A stretch of DNA of 64,000 bases from Treponema sp. (GCA_045606765.1 JAZUSR010000198.1:15563-79562); one strand, 5' to 3'. Shown: positions 51,101 through 60,584, numbered from the stretch's first letter. Translations and numbers: made by a program. Notes: generated from the sequence alone by a model not told the origin.

Positions 51101-51792
51101 ATATCAAGAATTGACTTCATAGCGATAAAATATTTTGACCCTGCATTCCCATCAAAAGATTGAATCAACTCTTTCAATTCATAAATTGTATTTAGAATTA
51201 AATCTGTATATTCTATCCACTTTTGCTGTATAACTTTTTTTTGTTGTTCAAGAGACTTTCTAAAATCAATTGGTTCTGTAATTGTTGAATTATAAAATAT
51301 TGAATTTACAAACAAATCTTCTGAAATCTTTTCGTGACTTTTTGTATTTACAAAAACTTTGATTGCTGAATTATCACGATGTTTTAAAATAAATGGTAAA
51401 GCAAGTTTTTTAATTTTATCAAGCAACCGATCTTGATCCACAACAAAATCAGGGCTCAAGCCATAATAATGAGAGCCTTGCTTTGCAATTCTAGAACAAA
51501 ACTTATCTAAAGTTAAAATATTTGATTTAAAAAAATCTTTTGCTTTATCAGGACATTCTTTAACAAGTTCTTTATAAATTCGACCATTCATTTCAGTAGT
51601 CGCTTTTCGAGTAAAAGTTAATGTTAAAATTTGTTCGACCTTACAATCTGAATCTCTTTTTAAAATTTCTGTATATCTTTTTGAAAGAACACTAGTTTTT
51701 CCTGAACCAGCTCCTGCACTAACAACTGAATTTCTTTTTGCATTAACAGCCTTCTGTTGATTTTCATCCAATTTATATTCTTTTTTTGCCAT
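48187..51792 (-). CDS. addA: AddA/RecB-like UvrD helicase-nuclease
   Basis: AGAGSGKT, LTFTRKA, DEFQD, VGDEKQSIYRFR, SKGLEY, YVALTRA; nuclease motifs GQMDLV..IVDYK. Confidence 0.9.
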   Translation of the reverse strand: MAKKEYKLDENQQKAVNAKRNSVVSAGAGSGKTSVLSKRYTEILKRDSDCKVEQILTLTFTRKATTEMNGRIYKELVKECPDKAKDFFKSNILTLDKFCSRIAKQGSHYYGLSPDFVVDQDRLLDKIKKLALPFILKHRDNSAIKVFVNTKSHEKISEDLFVNSIFYNSTITEPIDFRKSLEQQKKVIQQKWIEYTDLILNTIYELKELIQSFDGNAGSKYFIAMKSILDMQIVSQSEADFEDKYSVERLHFINYVKEIARVRQSSASGMGAIKEKHNLLKELKDVLLQLENYIYGNKYVEDLIPLMEEFQNIINDTKRKTGLISHADASSLAKNILINYPEIRKIEKQRYKYIMIDEFQDNNSLQRDLLFLLSEKIDRMEKSVPGVEELLPNKLFFVGDEKQSIYRFRNADVSVFRGLSEDFAEGNIALETNYRSHPSLVAGFNTIFGGTEFNIPSSDEQNGNQKICIPSVFYTEQDLKNKRGNIPSYEAIYHNVKISDVAVENYKVGKSDALLDKSQKRIHIGLINKNVYPKKDELDADYSEIFWVANKIKELVKQGYSYNDFAIICRTYSLLPIYERVLLSQEIPYNSEVVKGLYSDGPVNDIMSIIRLIAYPNSRLSFMNYIRSPFVNLTMSECNAILTKINNENIKELFELNVEEILNEKSIEKFNFGKQLYCDVFKLSKKIKIADLISYLWYEIGYRYETIWNRSVEMYNYMYDMLFELARKADVDSIGLAEFVDNVDSYQDESEKLDGMEIPLESSEGVHILSIFKSKGLEYPVVFLCSIGKDSKADTNDKTVYFSKEFGMTFNTPPNPALDVKSNFFYEIQKEASSNMAAAELRRLTYVALTRAEKELYITGAIKFNSIGEKDYSPTGDSVPKKIIDVLMPTISSFVKCEIEDLSENNGELDENSESSKLNSKNKNQPNEKLVYEPNLQTDIPFDIEEIQYQKRSLLSIGNSSKKDVIEKVSQKYKDISVIQMEVPEKNTINPSHMHEEGVFDNSDFLNSSDCDEKSEDIPYSEIDDLVKDSNLTDGQREFGFNNFGTIMHSYLESTIKNEIPHIPNKEVVGLKGNKEKMKILESICERMKKEFMQSDIYKDICKCIQANGFYKTEYSYISYEDGKFMDGQMDLVYENVDASEKTYTIVDYKSDKRIEAEKHQLQLNAYRTTLAKMLDISEKNIKCYLYYLRYAQVVEIKNDR

Positions 51793-51818
51793 TCTAAACA
51801 AACTCCCAAAAAATCTTT

Positions 51819-54611
51819 CTAATCACTTTTTTTTGAAACATTGAATGTTCTCCTACAACAACTCTTATAGTCACAACCACTACAAACTGAATAATCAACA
51901 TTAACTACATCTGGAGAAAAATTACATTCATTCACACATTCAACAAATTTTTCTAAATTCATCAAACATACTTTTTGAGTATTTTCAAACTGTTCATTTA
52001 AATCAATTCGTTTATCAGAAAGTTTTCCAATAGTTGAATATAAAACAAATTCTTTTGAGGCTGATAAATCATAAAACATACACTCCGAAATTTCTTCAAT
52101 TTTTGGATCTTCCTTTTCAACAACATATTTGTAAAGCGGAAGCTGAAAATCCGGAACTTCAGATTCATCATCAGAAATATATTTATTTGAAGGAACAGCA
52201 CTTTGAGTATTTTTAAAATCAATCAAGACAAAATCAAACTCCGGTGAAACTAAAATACAGTCGATTCTAGAACTAATCAAATATTTTTTTTCTTTTGAAT
52301 AATGTTTATACGATTTTTCAACTTCATAAACTGAATATCCATTAAACCGATTAGAAAAATTCGTTATTGTTTCTAAAATATTTTTTTTAATTGCAGCTTT
52401 CGTTGTTTTAACAACCTCTTTTGCCAAAAAACTTAACTTTTCTTTTTCAATTACGCCATTAATTGAATCTTCTAAAATCTTTTTATGCTCTTCCAAAATT
52501 GAATTTGTAGTTAGATTATATTCAAGTGCTAAATTTTTCATTTTCAAGGTACTTAAAAAAACTTGCATTATAGAATGATTAATATTTCCCATTGTATAAG
52601 GCCCAATCAAAGTTGCAACATTATCTCCATCTTTTACAGAAAAAAGGTTATTAAATAAAAATTTTCGTGGACACTCAAAAAAAGTTCTTAATCTAGTAGC
52701 AGATGAATAAACAAAATCATTTTCTTTTGTATGGGAATAAATAAATTTTTCCATCGAATCATCAACTGATAATTCATCAGTTTTAATAGATTGAATCTTT
52801 TTCCACACATCAAACCCATCTTTTTGAACTTTATACAACTTCTCTGAATCAAATAAATCAACTTTATTTAAAATCCAATTTTTCTCAGCGATGTAAGAAT
52901 CTTTCTTTATAAATGAAAAAGGTATGCCCCCATTTTTTGGACGACAATCTTTTTCTTCAAGATAACTATTTACAAATGAATAACCTTTAAATGTTTTTTC
53001 TGCACAAGTAAACAAACAATCAACTTGACTAGTTGCTTTATATAACTGAATAAAATCTTCAGTTGGATTTATATCTTCCCAAACACCTAATTTTTGGCGT
53101 TTATCATCTCTCAAAAATTTTAAACGCTGATAAGTTATTGATGTAGAACTCTGACTTGCATCAAGCACTACATGAACATCAAAAGGAGCACAACATGCTG
53201 TTCTATATGGCAAAATATTTACACCATTCATTTGAGATTGAGGAACATACATTGTATTTTCTAGTAATGTGCAAAAAAATTCAAAATGAGAATCTATCGC
53301 AAATATTTCACAATTATTGAATCTTTCTTCTAAGTCTACCAAAATACCAAGTTCGGCAATACAACGACTTAAAATATCATTACTTTCTTTTGGGAAAACT
53401 GTACTTTCAAAGTCAAAAAATTTTTGCCTAAATTCAAAATAATTTGTTCGAACTTCATCAAAAGTTTTAGACTGAACAATTTTCATAATTAATTTTTTTA
53501 ACAAACGATAAAAAATTACAATCCTTTCATCGTAAGGAAAACTAACAGGGGTTTTAAAAGATTCTTCCCAAACATCAAAACTTTTTTCCTCATATTCATA
53601 AAAGCAAATAGCATTATTTTCTTTACCAAAAAGAATTAATTTATCAATTACATTTTGCTCTATCCAGGGTAATTCCCTATTCAATAATAAATTCTTTACA
53701 GACTTATACGAAAAATTATCCGATGCACATTCCATAATCAAGGAAAATAATTTTCCGACTCCACTTGATGCCAAAGAAAATGCATCTTTTGTTACAAAAG
53801 GAATTTGATAAAGCGATAATTCTCTTTGAAGATATGCCCCGTAACTTTCTAAATCAGGAACAGAAATAGCAAATTTATCCCAAGGAATATTTTTTTCTTG
53901 ATGAATATTCCACAGATAATGAACAACTTCTTTTAATTCGATTCTTGAATTTGAAAAGAAATATCCAACTGGCACTTCTTCTTTTGATTTAATTTTTTCT
54001 GTCGAAACAATTTGAATTTGTGGAGTTGATTTTAAAATCAATTCATATTCACTATAATCTGACAAAATCTCAGGAAAAAATATAATGTATTTATTTCCAT
54101 CATCTTTAAAAGGCGGCGTTTCCCACGCAGGATCAAATAAATCATTTTCATCTAAAAAAGATTTATATCGATTATATAATTCAAGCAAATCCAAATCTTC
54201 GTTATCGAGAGAATCTTTATTTTGATTAATTTGATTTTTCCAAAAATTTAAAGAGGGTAAAATTGATTCTATCCATTTTGAAAATCGTTTAGCAACTTTT
54301 GCATAATCTTTTAAAATGATTTCCTTAAAAAAAGGATCAATAGAATTTTTTTTAACGATTTGTTCAGCAAAAATTGAACGCATAACAGATGGGATTGAAG
54401 TTTTATTTTGTTGCTGGCTTCTAATAGATGAACTTTTAAATGAATCCCAAGCAATAAATCGTTCTTTTGCAATAGCTTTTACATCAGTAACTTCAAGAGT
54501 CTTTCTTGCCCACATAGATGCTGCAATCTGTGTCGGAAAAACAAAAAAAACTTTTGGATCTTTTATATTTTCATCTAAATAATTTATTATAACTTTAGAA
54601 TTTTTTTCCAT
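51819..54611 (-). CDS. addB: AddB-like subunit with a PD-(D/E)XK nuclease domain and 4Fe-4S Cys motif
   Basis: SATRL..FFECP, RIDCI..IDFK, QLPLY, CSGCDYKSCC; adjacent to addA. Confidence 0.8.
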   Translation of the reverse strand: MEKNSKVIINYLDENIKDPKVFFVFPTQIAASMWARKTLEVTDVKAIAKERFIAWDSFKSSSIRSQQQNKTSIPSVMRSIFAEQIVKKNSIDPFFKEIILKDYAKVAKRFSKWIESILPSLNFWKNQINQNKDSLDNEDLDLLELYNRYKSFLDENDLFDPAWETPPFKDDGNKYIIFFPEILSDYSEYELILKSTPQIQIVSTEKIKSKEEVPVGYFFSNSRIELKEVVHYLWNIHQEKNIPWDKFAISVPDLESYGAYLQRELSLYQIPFVTKDAFSLASSGVGKLFSLIMECASDNFSYKSVKNLLLNRELPWIEQNVIDKLILFGKENNAICFYEYEEKSFDVWEESFKTPVSFPYDERIVIFYRLLKKLIMKIVQSKTFDEVRTNYFEFRQKFFDFESTVFPKESNDILSRCIAELGILVDLEERFNNCEIFAIDSHFEFFCTLLENTMYVPQSQMNGVNILPYRTACCAPFDVHVVLDASQSSTSITYQRLKFLRDDKRQKLGVWEDINPTEDFIQLYKATSQVDCLFTCAEKTFKGYSFVNSYLEEKDCRPKNGGIPFSFIKKDSYIAEKNWILNKVDLFDSEKLYKVQKDGFDVWKKIQSIKTDELSVDDSMEKFIYSHTKENDFVYSSATRLRTFFECPRKFLFNNLFSVKDGDNVATLIGPYTMGNINHSIMQVFLSTLKMKNLALEYNLTTNSILEEHKKILEDSINGVIEKEKLSFLAKEVVKTTKAAIKKNILETITNFSNRFNGYSVYEVEKSYKHYSKEKKYLISSRIDCILVSPEFDFVLIDFKNTQSAVPSNKYISDDESEVPDFQLPLYKYVVEKEDPKIEEISECMFYDLSASKEFVLYSTIGKLSDKRIDLNEQFENTQKVCLMNLEKFVECVNECNFSPDVVNVDYSVCSGCDYKSCCRRTFNVSKKSD

Positions 54612-54711
54612 AAAATTTAAATCAAAACCTCATTCAAACTATTTTATCATTATAGTTTAGAATTTTGACTTGTCAAGTTTGAGATTTTTTAATAACCAAT
54701 ATTACTTTACC

Positions 54712-55644
54712 TTAATTCATTGTATTTTGAGATTCAGATAATAAGAATGGAACAAAACTTGGATAAACAGAAGCAAAGGTTTCTGCTGCAATATTATAAT
54801 CTATCCATGTTGACATAAACAATTTTTGCATTCCAGGAAATTCAACAATATCAGAAGGGTAAATATATTTTGTATTCAATGAATTATCTATAAAAAATTT
54901 CTTTATGCTATCTACGGAATTTACTAAAACATGAGCTACAAAAGACGAACAAACAAAAGCTGTTGTTTCTAAATCAAAAGAATCTTGTGGGCGTTTATGT
55001 TTTATTTTTCCAAGAGGTCTGTTGTCTTTTGGAGAAAAATAAACACGTTTAATTCCATACCCTGCCAAAGCAAAATTTAGACCAATACCATATTTTGTCA
55101 AAGGATTTTCCCAATACATTTCAATAATTTCTTTAGCACGATTATATTCTTCTTCTGAGACTCTAATTGCATAAGTTGCTTGAATAGATTTTTCAACATT
55201 GCATTTTTTCATATAACCATTGTTTGCTGTATCTAAACAAGATTCATATTTTAAATCTTTCTTTCCAGCAGTTGTAAGTCCATAAAATTCATCTTTTAGA
55301 CTAAAACCAATCGAAGCATGTGTCGGTTTATCTTTTGAATAATCTACAACTCGAATACATAATTTTAAAATGTTTTCTATACAAAGAGGATTATTATAAT
55401 GAGGATAATACAAACGAACAAAAATAAACTTTGTTTTAGATGAATTTTTATATTCTTCCTCATTAAATTTAGAAATATCATAAATTCTAAAATATTCATC
55501 CGAAGATTTCACTGAAATATTTTCAGTCTCAATTAAAGGTAAAGTTTCTTCAAAATTAGAAGTTTTACACCCTATTAAATATATTGAATAAAATAAAAGA
55601 AATGTTACAGATAAATATTTTAAGATTTTTCCTTTTTTAATCAT
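54712..55644 (-). CDS. Lipoprotein with a permuted papain-like (NlpC/P60, YiiX-like) fold
   Basis: Lipobox LIGC; His first (PTHASIG), Cys later (FVCSSFVAHVL), then YPSD. Confidence 0.65.
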   Translation of the reverse strand: MIKKGKILKYLSVTFLLFYSIYLIGCKTSNFEETLPLIETENISVKSSDEYFRIYDISKFNEEEYKNSSKTKFIFVRLYYPHYNNPLCIENILKLCIRVVDYSKDKPTHASIGFSLKDEFYGLTTAGKKDLKYESCLDTANNGYMKKCNVEKSIQATYAIRVSEEEYNRAKEIIEMYWENPLTKYGIGLNFALAGYGIKRVYFSPKDNRPLGKIKHKRPQDSFDLETTAFVCSSFVAHVLVNSVDSIKKFFIDNSLNTKYIYPSDIVEFPGMQKLFMSTWIDYNIAAETFASVYPSFVPFLLSESQNTMN

Positions 55645-55721
55645 TTTTCCATTATATAAAAAAATAATTATCTTATCAATTCTATTGTTTTTATTTTATT
55701 TTTGATATAGTTTGAATAAAT

Positions 55722-58205
55722 ATGGACAGAAAAACATTAACCGAATTAGATTTCTATCGAATTAAAGAGATTATCGCAGGGTATTGTGTAAGCCAAGAAG
55801 GCAAAGAAAATATTCTCAATCGAGAACCTTTTACAAATTTCTCCGACTTTAACAATTTAAAACAACTTAGCAAAGAATGGAGCCAATGTCTAAGTTCCAC
55901 TCGAGCAATTTCAATCTCTAGTTGGCCACAAATACAACCACTTTTTTCTGTTCTAAAAACTCAAGGCTCAACTTTAGACCTTGATGAACTCTATGCTTTG
56001 GGCCTTTTTTGTCTTTCACAAAAAAAAATTACTGATAGCATAAAATCAAACTCACTTGAACTCAATCTTAAACACCTAACAAAAATCATAACTCAAATGC
56101 CAGACCTTTGTGATGCATCAGATATTATTTTTAGCATCATTTCACAAGATGGAGAATTAAAAGAATTACCTTCAATCCGAGAAATTAAAAAGAATATCGC
56201 TTCTCTAAAATCAGAAATTGCAACTTTAATGCACAAATATACAATTGATGCAACGCTATCATCAGCACTCGAATCGACAGTTCCTGCTCTAAAAGCAAAC
56301 CGTCAAGTTCTTGCAATCAAATCAAGCCAACGAAGTGCAATCAAAGGAATTATCCACGAAGTATCTCAAACAGGGCAAACAGTTTACATCGAACCAGATG
56401 ATGTTGTTCGAAAAAACAATGACTTAATTCAAGAAGAATTTCGACTCCAAGAAGAAATAAAAAAAATCCTTTTACAAACTACAGCACGCCTTGCAGAATA
56501 TCAAAATCATTTTTCTGACAATCTTCCAAAAATGATTTTACTCGATACAACTTTTGCAGCAGCAAAATGGGGAATCGAAAACAAATGTACCTATGCACTT
56601 TCTTGTGGAGAAGAATCTAACGATGAATCTAAATTAGAACCGCCTCTTTTACTTGGAGCTCGTCATCCACTTTTAGGAGAAAAAGCAATTCCAATTGATA
56701 TTCACTTTTTAACAAATAAAAAAGTTTTAATAATTACAGGGCCAAACACAGGAGGGAAAACTGTTACTCTAAAAACCTTTGCTCTATTCTCTTTGCTCAA
56801 TCAGACAGGTTTTCCAATTCCAGCAAGTGAAGGAACTCGATTACCAATTTTTAAAGACATTTATTGTGATATTGGTGATGAACAATCTTTAGACCAAGCT
56901 CTTTCGACTTTTTCTGGGCATATGAAAAATGTTGCAAACGCTCTTAAAAATGCATCAAAAGATTCTCTTGTCTTACTCGATGAATTAGGAAGTGGAACAG
57001 ATCCACTAGAAGGGTCTGCAATTGCAATGGCAACATTGGATATTTTAATCGAACGAGGCTCTTTTGTACTTGTTACTACCCATCATGGTGTTTTAAAAAA
57101 TTATGGATATACAAATGAATCATGTGTAAATGCTAGTGTTGAATTTAACCCTGACACAATGGAACCAACATACAGATTAATAATGGGAATTCCAGGAGAA
57201 AGCCACGCACTTGATATAGCAACTAAAAGCGGACTTCCATCAGAAGCAATCCAAAAAGCAAAAAATTATATTCAATCTGAACAAGCAGATATTTCTGCAC
57301 TTATCAAAGGCTTGAGCAAAAAGCATAAAGAAGTTGATGAACTAATTCAACAATACAAACAAAAAGAGGAAAAAATTATCCTCAAGGAACAAAAAACATT
57401 CACAAAAGAACAAAATATTAAACGCCGTGAACATGATCTTAAAATTGCAGAAAATAAAAAAGAACTTTCTTTCTTAAAAGAAAGTCGAAGGAAACTTGAA
57501 AACTTAGTTCGACAACTAAAAGAAGGAGAGATTACACGAGAAAAAACACTTGCTGTAAAATCATTCATCACAGAACTAACAGATTCAATAGAAACTCATT
57601 CAAATATTCTCGAAGCAGAAGAAAAAAACTTACAAAAAACTGAACAAAAAATAAAACAACGACAAGAAAACATTTGCACAAATAGTTCACCAAATAAAAG
57701 CAAAATTCCTCTTGAACCAGGAATGGAAGTTCTTATGACGAATTCAAAAACAAAAGGAACCATTGTAAAACAAGAACGAAAAAGTATGTGGCAAGTACAA
57801 TTTGGAAATATCAAAATGACAGTCAATGAACATGACTTAACCCCAATTGGAAAATCCGAAAAAAATTACACACCATCGATTACAATCGACCTTGCAGACC
57901 CAGAAACAATTCAGCAAAATTTTTCAAACTTTGCACCATCACTACAAGGACTACCGACCAATCGTCCAGTTTTTGAATTGCGCTTAATAGGAATGCGAGT
58001 AGAAGAAGCTATCAAATTACTTGAACGACAACTCGATTTATGTACAATGCAAAATTTCCACGAATTTTCTGTCATTCACGGAAAAGGAACTGGTGCATTA
58101 CAACAAGCCGTAATCGACTATTTATCAACATATCCAGGAATCAAAGAATTTAAATTTGCTCCTCCAGAAGATGGAGGAAGCGGAAAAACTTATGTAAAAC
58201 TATAA
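55722..58205 (+). CDS. mutS2: Endonuclease MutS2
   Basis: SQTGQTVYIEP, ITGPNTGGKT, DIGDEQS, LDELGSGTDP and Smr-domain VIHGKGTG motifs. Confidence 0.96.
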   Translation: MDRKTLTELDFYRIKEIIAGYCVSQEGKENILNREPFTNFSDFNNLKQLSKEWSQCLSSTRAISISSWPQIQPLFSVLKTQGSTLDLDELYALGLFCLSQKKITDSIKSNSLELNLKHLTKIITQMPDLCDASDIIFSIISQDGELKELPSIREIKKNIASLKSEIATLMHKYTIDATLSSALESTVPALKANRQVLAIKSSQRSAIKGIIHEVSQTGQTVYIEPDDVVRKNNDLIQEEFRLQEEIKKILLQTTARLAEYQNHFSDNLPKMILLDTTFAAAKWGIENKCTYALSCGEESNDESKLEPPLLLGARHPLLGEKAIPIDIHFLTNKKVLIITGPNTGGKTVTLKTFALFSLLNQTGFPIPASEGTRLPIFKDIYCDIGDEQSLDQALSTFSGHMKNVANALKNASKDSLVLLDELGSGTDPLEGSAIAMATLDILIERGSFVLVTTHHGVLKNYGYTNESCVNASVEFNPDTMEPTYRLIMGIPGESHALDIATKSGLPSEAIQKAKNYIQSEQADISALIKGLSKKHKEVDELIQQYKQKEEKIILKEQKTFTKEQNIKRREHDLKIAENKKELSFLKESRRKLENLVRQLKEGEITREKTLAVKSFITELTDSIETHSNILEAEEKNLQKTEQKIKQRQENICTNSSPNKSKIPLEPGMEVLMTNSKTKGTIVKQERKSMWQVQFGNIKMTVNEHDLTPIGKSEKNYTPSITIDLADPETIQQNFSNFAPSLQGLPTNRPVFELRLIGMRVEEAIKLLERQLDLCTMQNFHEFSVIHGKGTGALQQAVIDYLSTYPGIKEFKFAPPEDGGSGKTYVKL

Positions 58206-58260
58206 TTTAGAATATTCACAAAAATGAAAAAATATGCAAAAATATAAATAAATATACATT
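58203..58260. promoter_or_regulatory. Tandem ARG boxes upstream of argR
   Basis: AATGAAAAAATATGCAAA (58223-58240), TATAAATAAATATACATT (58243-58260), and a third half-site ending ATTCA at 58218; 20-bp period. Confidence 0.65.
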
Positions 58261-58289
58261 TTCTAATTCTATTTTTACAAGGTGAAATT

Positions 58290-58760
58290 TTGAAAGAACG
58301 AGATTCCAGACTCAAAGCAATTCGTCGATTAATCAAACATAATAAAATTGAAAGCCAAGAAGAATTACTTTCTCTTCTTACAAAAGAAGGATTTGAAGTT
58401 ACACAAGCGACTCTTTCTCGTGATCTAAAACTTCTTAAAGTTGGAAAAATTGCTGATGGAAGAGACGGTTATGTTTATACTCTTCCTACTGAAGAAGAAA
58501 GCAAGGAATCTTTAAATATTTTTATCCAAGACTTTTTGCGCGGATATATTAGTATTGAAGCATCAGGAAACATCGTAGTAATCAAAACTTTTCCAGGCCA
58601 TGCAAACCCAGTTTGTAATGCCTTAGACAACATGAACTTTGAAGAAATTCTTGGAACTGTTGCCGGTGACAACTGTATGTTTGCATGTACAAAAGAAGGC
58701 GTTTCTGGAAAACAACTAATCGAAAAGTTAAAACAACTAATCCCTGAATTAGAAGAATAA
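58290..58760 (+). CDS. argR: Arginine repressor
   Basis: SQEEL, VTQATLSRDL, IKTFPG.A and ILGTVAGDN motifs. Confidence 0.95.
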   Translation: MKERDSRLKAIRRLIKHNKIESQEELLSLLTKEGFEVTQATLSRDLKLLKVGKIADGRDGYVYTLPTEEESKESLNIFIQDFLRGYISIEASGNIVVIKTFPGHANPVCNALDNMNFEEILGTVAGDNCMFACTKEGVSGKQLIEKLKQLIPELEE

Positions 58761-58896
58761 ACCACGGGGTTAATCACAAAAAAAATTAATTTGTGCTCGA
58801 ACACGAATTTTAGGATACCCTTTTTCTACTACCACAAAATTATATAATTTGTTATATTTTAAACCTAAACAAATTTTATATTTGAGGTAAAAAATA

Positions 58897-60480
58897 ATGA
58901 TTACATGGTCAAACCTTGATTCACTCCCATCTTACAAAAAAATGCTTTCTTTAAAAGGACAAGTTAAATTACAAGATGTTCTTTCTGGAAACGACGCTGC
59001 AAAACGCGTTACAGAATATTCTGTTCCGATGGCAGCAGGTTTAAAATACAATTATGCTGCTAAACAAGTTAATGAACAGATTTTAGGCGTTCTTTCTGAT
59101 TTAGCAAAAGAAGCTCAGTTAACAGAAAAATATGAAGCATTATACAATGGTGAAATAATTAATACAGGAGAAAAACGAATGGTTTTACACCAGCTTACTC
59201 GTGGACAATTAGGCAACGATGTTATAGCTGATGGAAAAAACAAACGCCAATTCTATATTGAACAGCAAAATAAAATCAAATCTTTTGCAGAAGATGTTCA
59301 CTCTGGAAAAATCCTCAATGAAAATGGCGAAAAATATACAACAGTTTGCCAAATTGGAATCGGAGGTTCTGACTTAGGACCAAGAGCAATGTATCTCGCT
59401 TTAGAAAATTGGGCAAAAGCTAACAACACATTCAAAATGGAAGCTCACTTTATTTCCAATGTTGACCCAGATGATGCTGCAGCAGTTGTTGCTTCAATTG
59501 ATTTATCAAAAACAATTTTTATTCTTGTATCAAAATCAGGTACAACACTTGAAACACTTTCTAATGAAACTTTTGTAAAGGACTTCCTTTCTAAAGCAGG
59601 ACTTTCTGCTAGCCAACACATGATTGCAGTAACTTCAGAAACAAGTCCTCTTGCAAACAATCCTGATTACATGGCAGCATTCTACATGGATGACTATATT
59701 GGTGGTCGCTATTCATCAACATCAGCTGTAGGAGGAGCAATTCTTTCACTTGCATTTGGGCCAGATGTATTTTCTCAATTCCTCAACGGCGCTGCTGAAG
59801 CAGATGCAACAGCAAAAAATGAAGAACTTCTCAAAAACCCAGCTATGCTTGACGCACTTATCGGTGTTTACGAAAGAAACGCTCAAGAATATCCATCAAC
59901 AGCAATTCTGCCATACTCACAAGCATGAAGCAGATGCCCTGCTCACCTTCAACAGCTTGACATGGAATCAAATGGTAAATCTGTAAACCGTGACGGGAAC
60001 CCAATCAATTATGTTACAGGACCTGTTATCTTCGGTGAACCTGGAACAAACGGACAACACTCATTCTATCAACTTTTACACCAAGGAACAGATATTGTAC
60101 CTTTACAGTTTATTGCATTTAATCAAAATCAAACAAAAAAAGATGTTGTTATCGAAGGTTCAACAAGCCAGAAAAAACTCTGTGCAAATGTTGTTGCTCA
60201 AATCATTGCTTTTGCATGCGGTAAAAAAGATGAAAATCCTAACAAAAGTTTTGCAGGTGAACGCCCTTCAAGTTTGATTTACGCTGAAGAATTAAATCCA
60301 AGTGTTTTAGGAGCTCTTCTTGCTCACTACGAAAACAAAGTTATGTTCCAAGGATTTATGTGGAATGTAAACAGTTTTGACCAAGAAGGTGTTCAACTTG
60401 GTAAAAAACTTGCACAAGCGGTTCTTGCAAAAAATACTGACGGAGCTTTAAAAGCTTTTGCAGGATTCTTCGGATTATAA
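58897..60480 (+). pseudogene. pgi: Glucose-6-phosphate isomerase interrupted by an in-frame TGA (59926-59928); possibly a sequence error
   Basis: GIGGSDLGP, SKSGTT, GGRYS, then PYSQA*SRCPAHLQQLDMESNGK, GEPGTNGQH, FDQEGVQLGK, all in one frame. Confidence 0.85.
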
Positions 60481-60525
60481 TTTTATAATTTAGAAAAAAA
60501 GTCTACCTACATTTAAGACAAATGG

Positions 60526-60575
60526 ATGCACCCTAAAGTTGAATAAATGACGTTCAACAAAAGGGTGCATTTTTT
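60526..60575. terminator. Palindromic element and terminator after pgi, resembling IS3-family ends
   Basis: ATGCACCCT-AAA-GTTGAA..TTCAAC-AAA-AGGGTGCAT-TTTTT. Confidence 0.7.
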
Positions 60576-60584
60576 ATACATAAT

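Noticed and set aside
51819-52700. Cas4-like Fe-S nuclease suggesting a CRISPR or defence locus
   Set aside because: It is the C-terminal domain of an AddB-like protein next to addA; no cas genes or repeat-spacer array are visible in the window.
59926-59928. TGA recoding (Trp/Gly genetic code or selenocysteine) to explain the pgi stop
   Set aside because: The position is normally Leu, not Trp, Gly or Cys. TGA ends other genes here (6538, 11588, 33515, 63300) and no other gene has an internal TGA.
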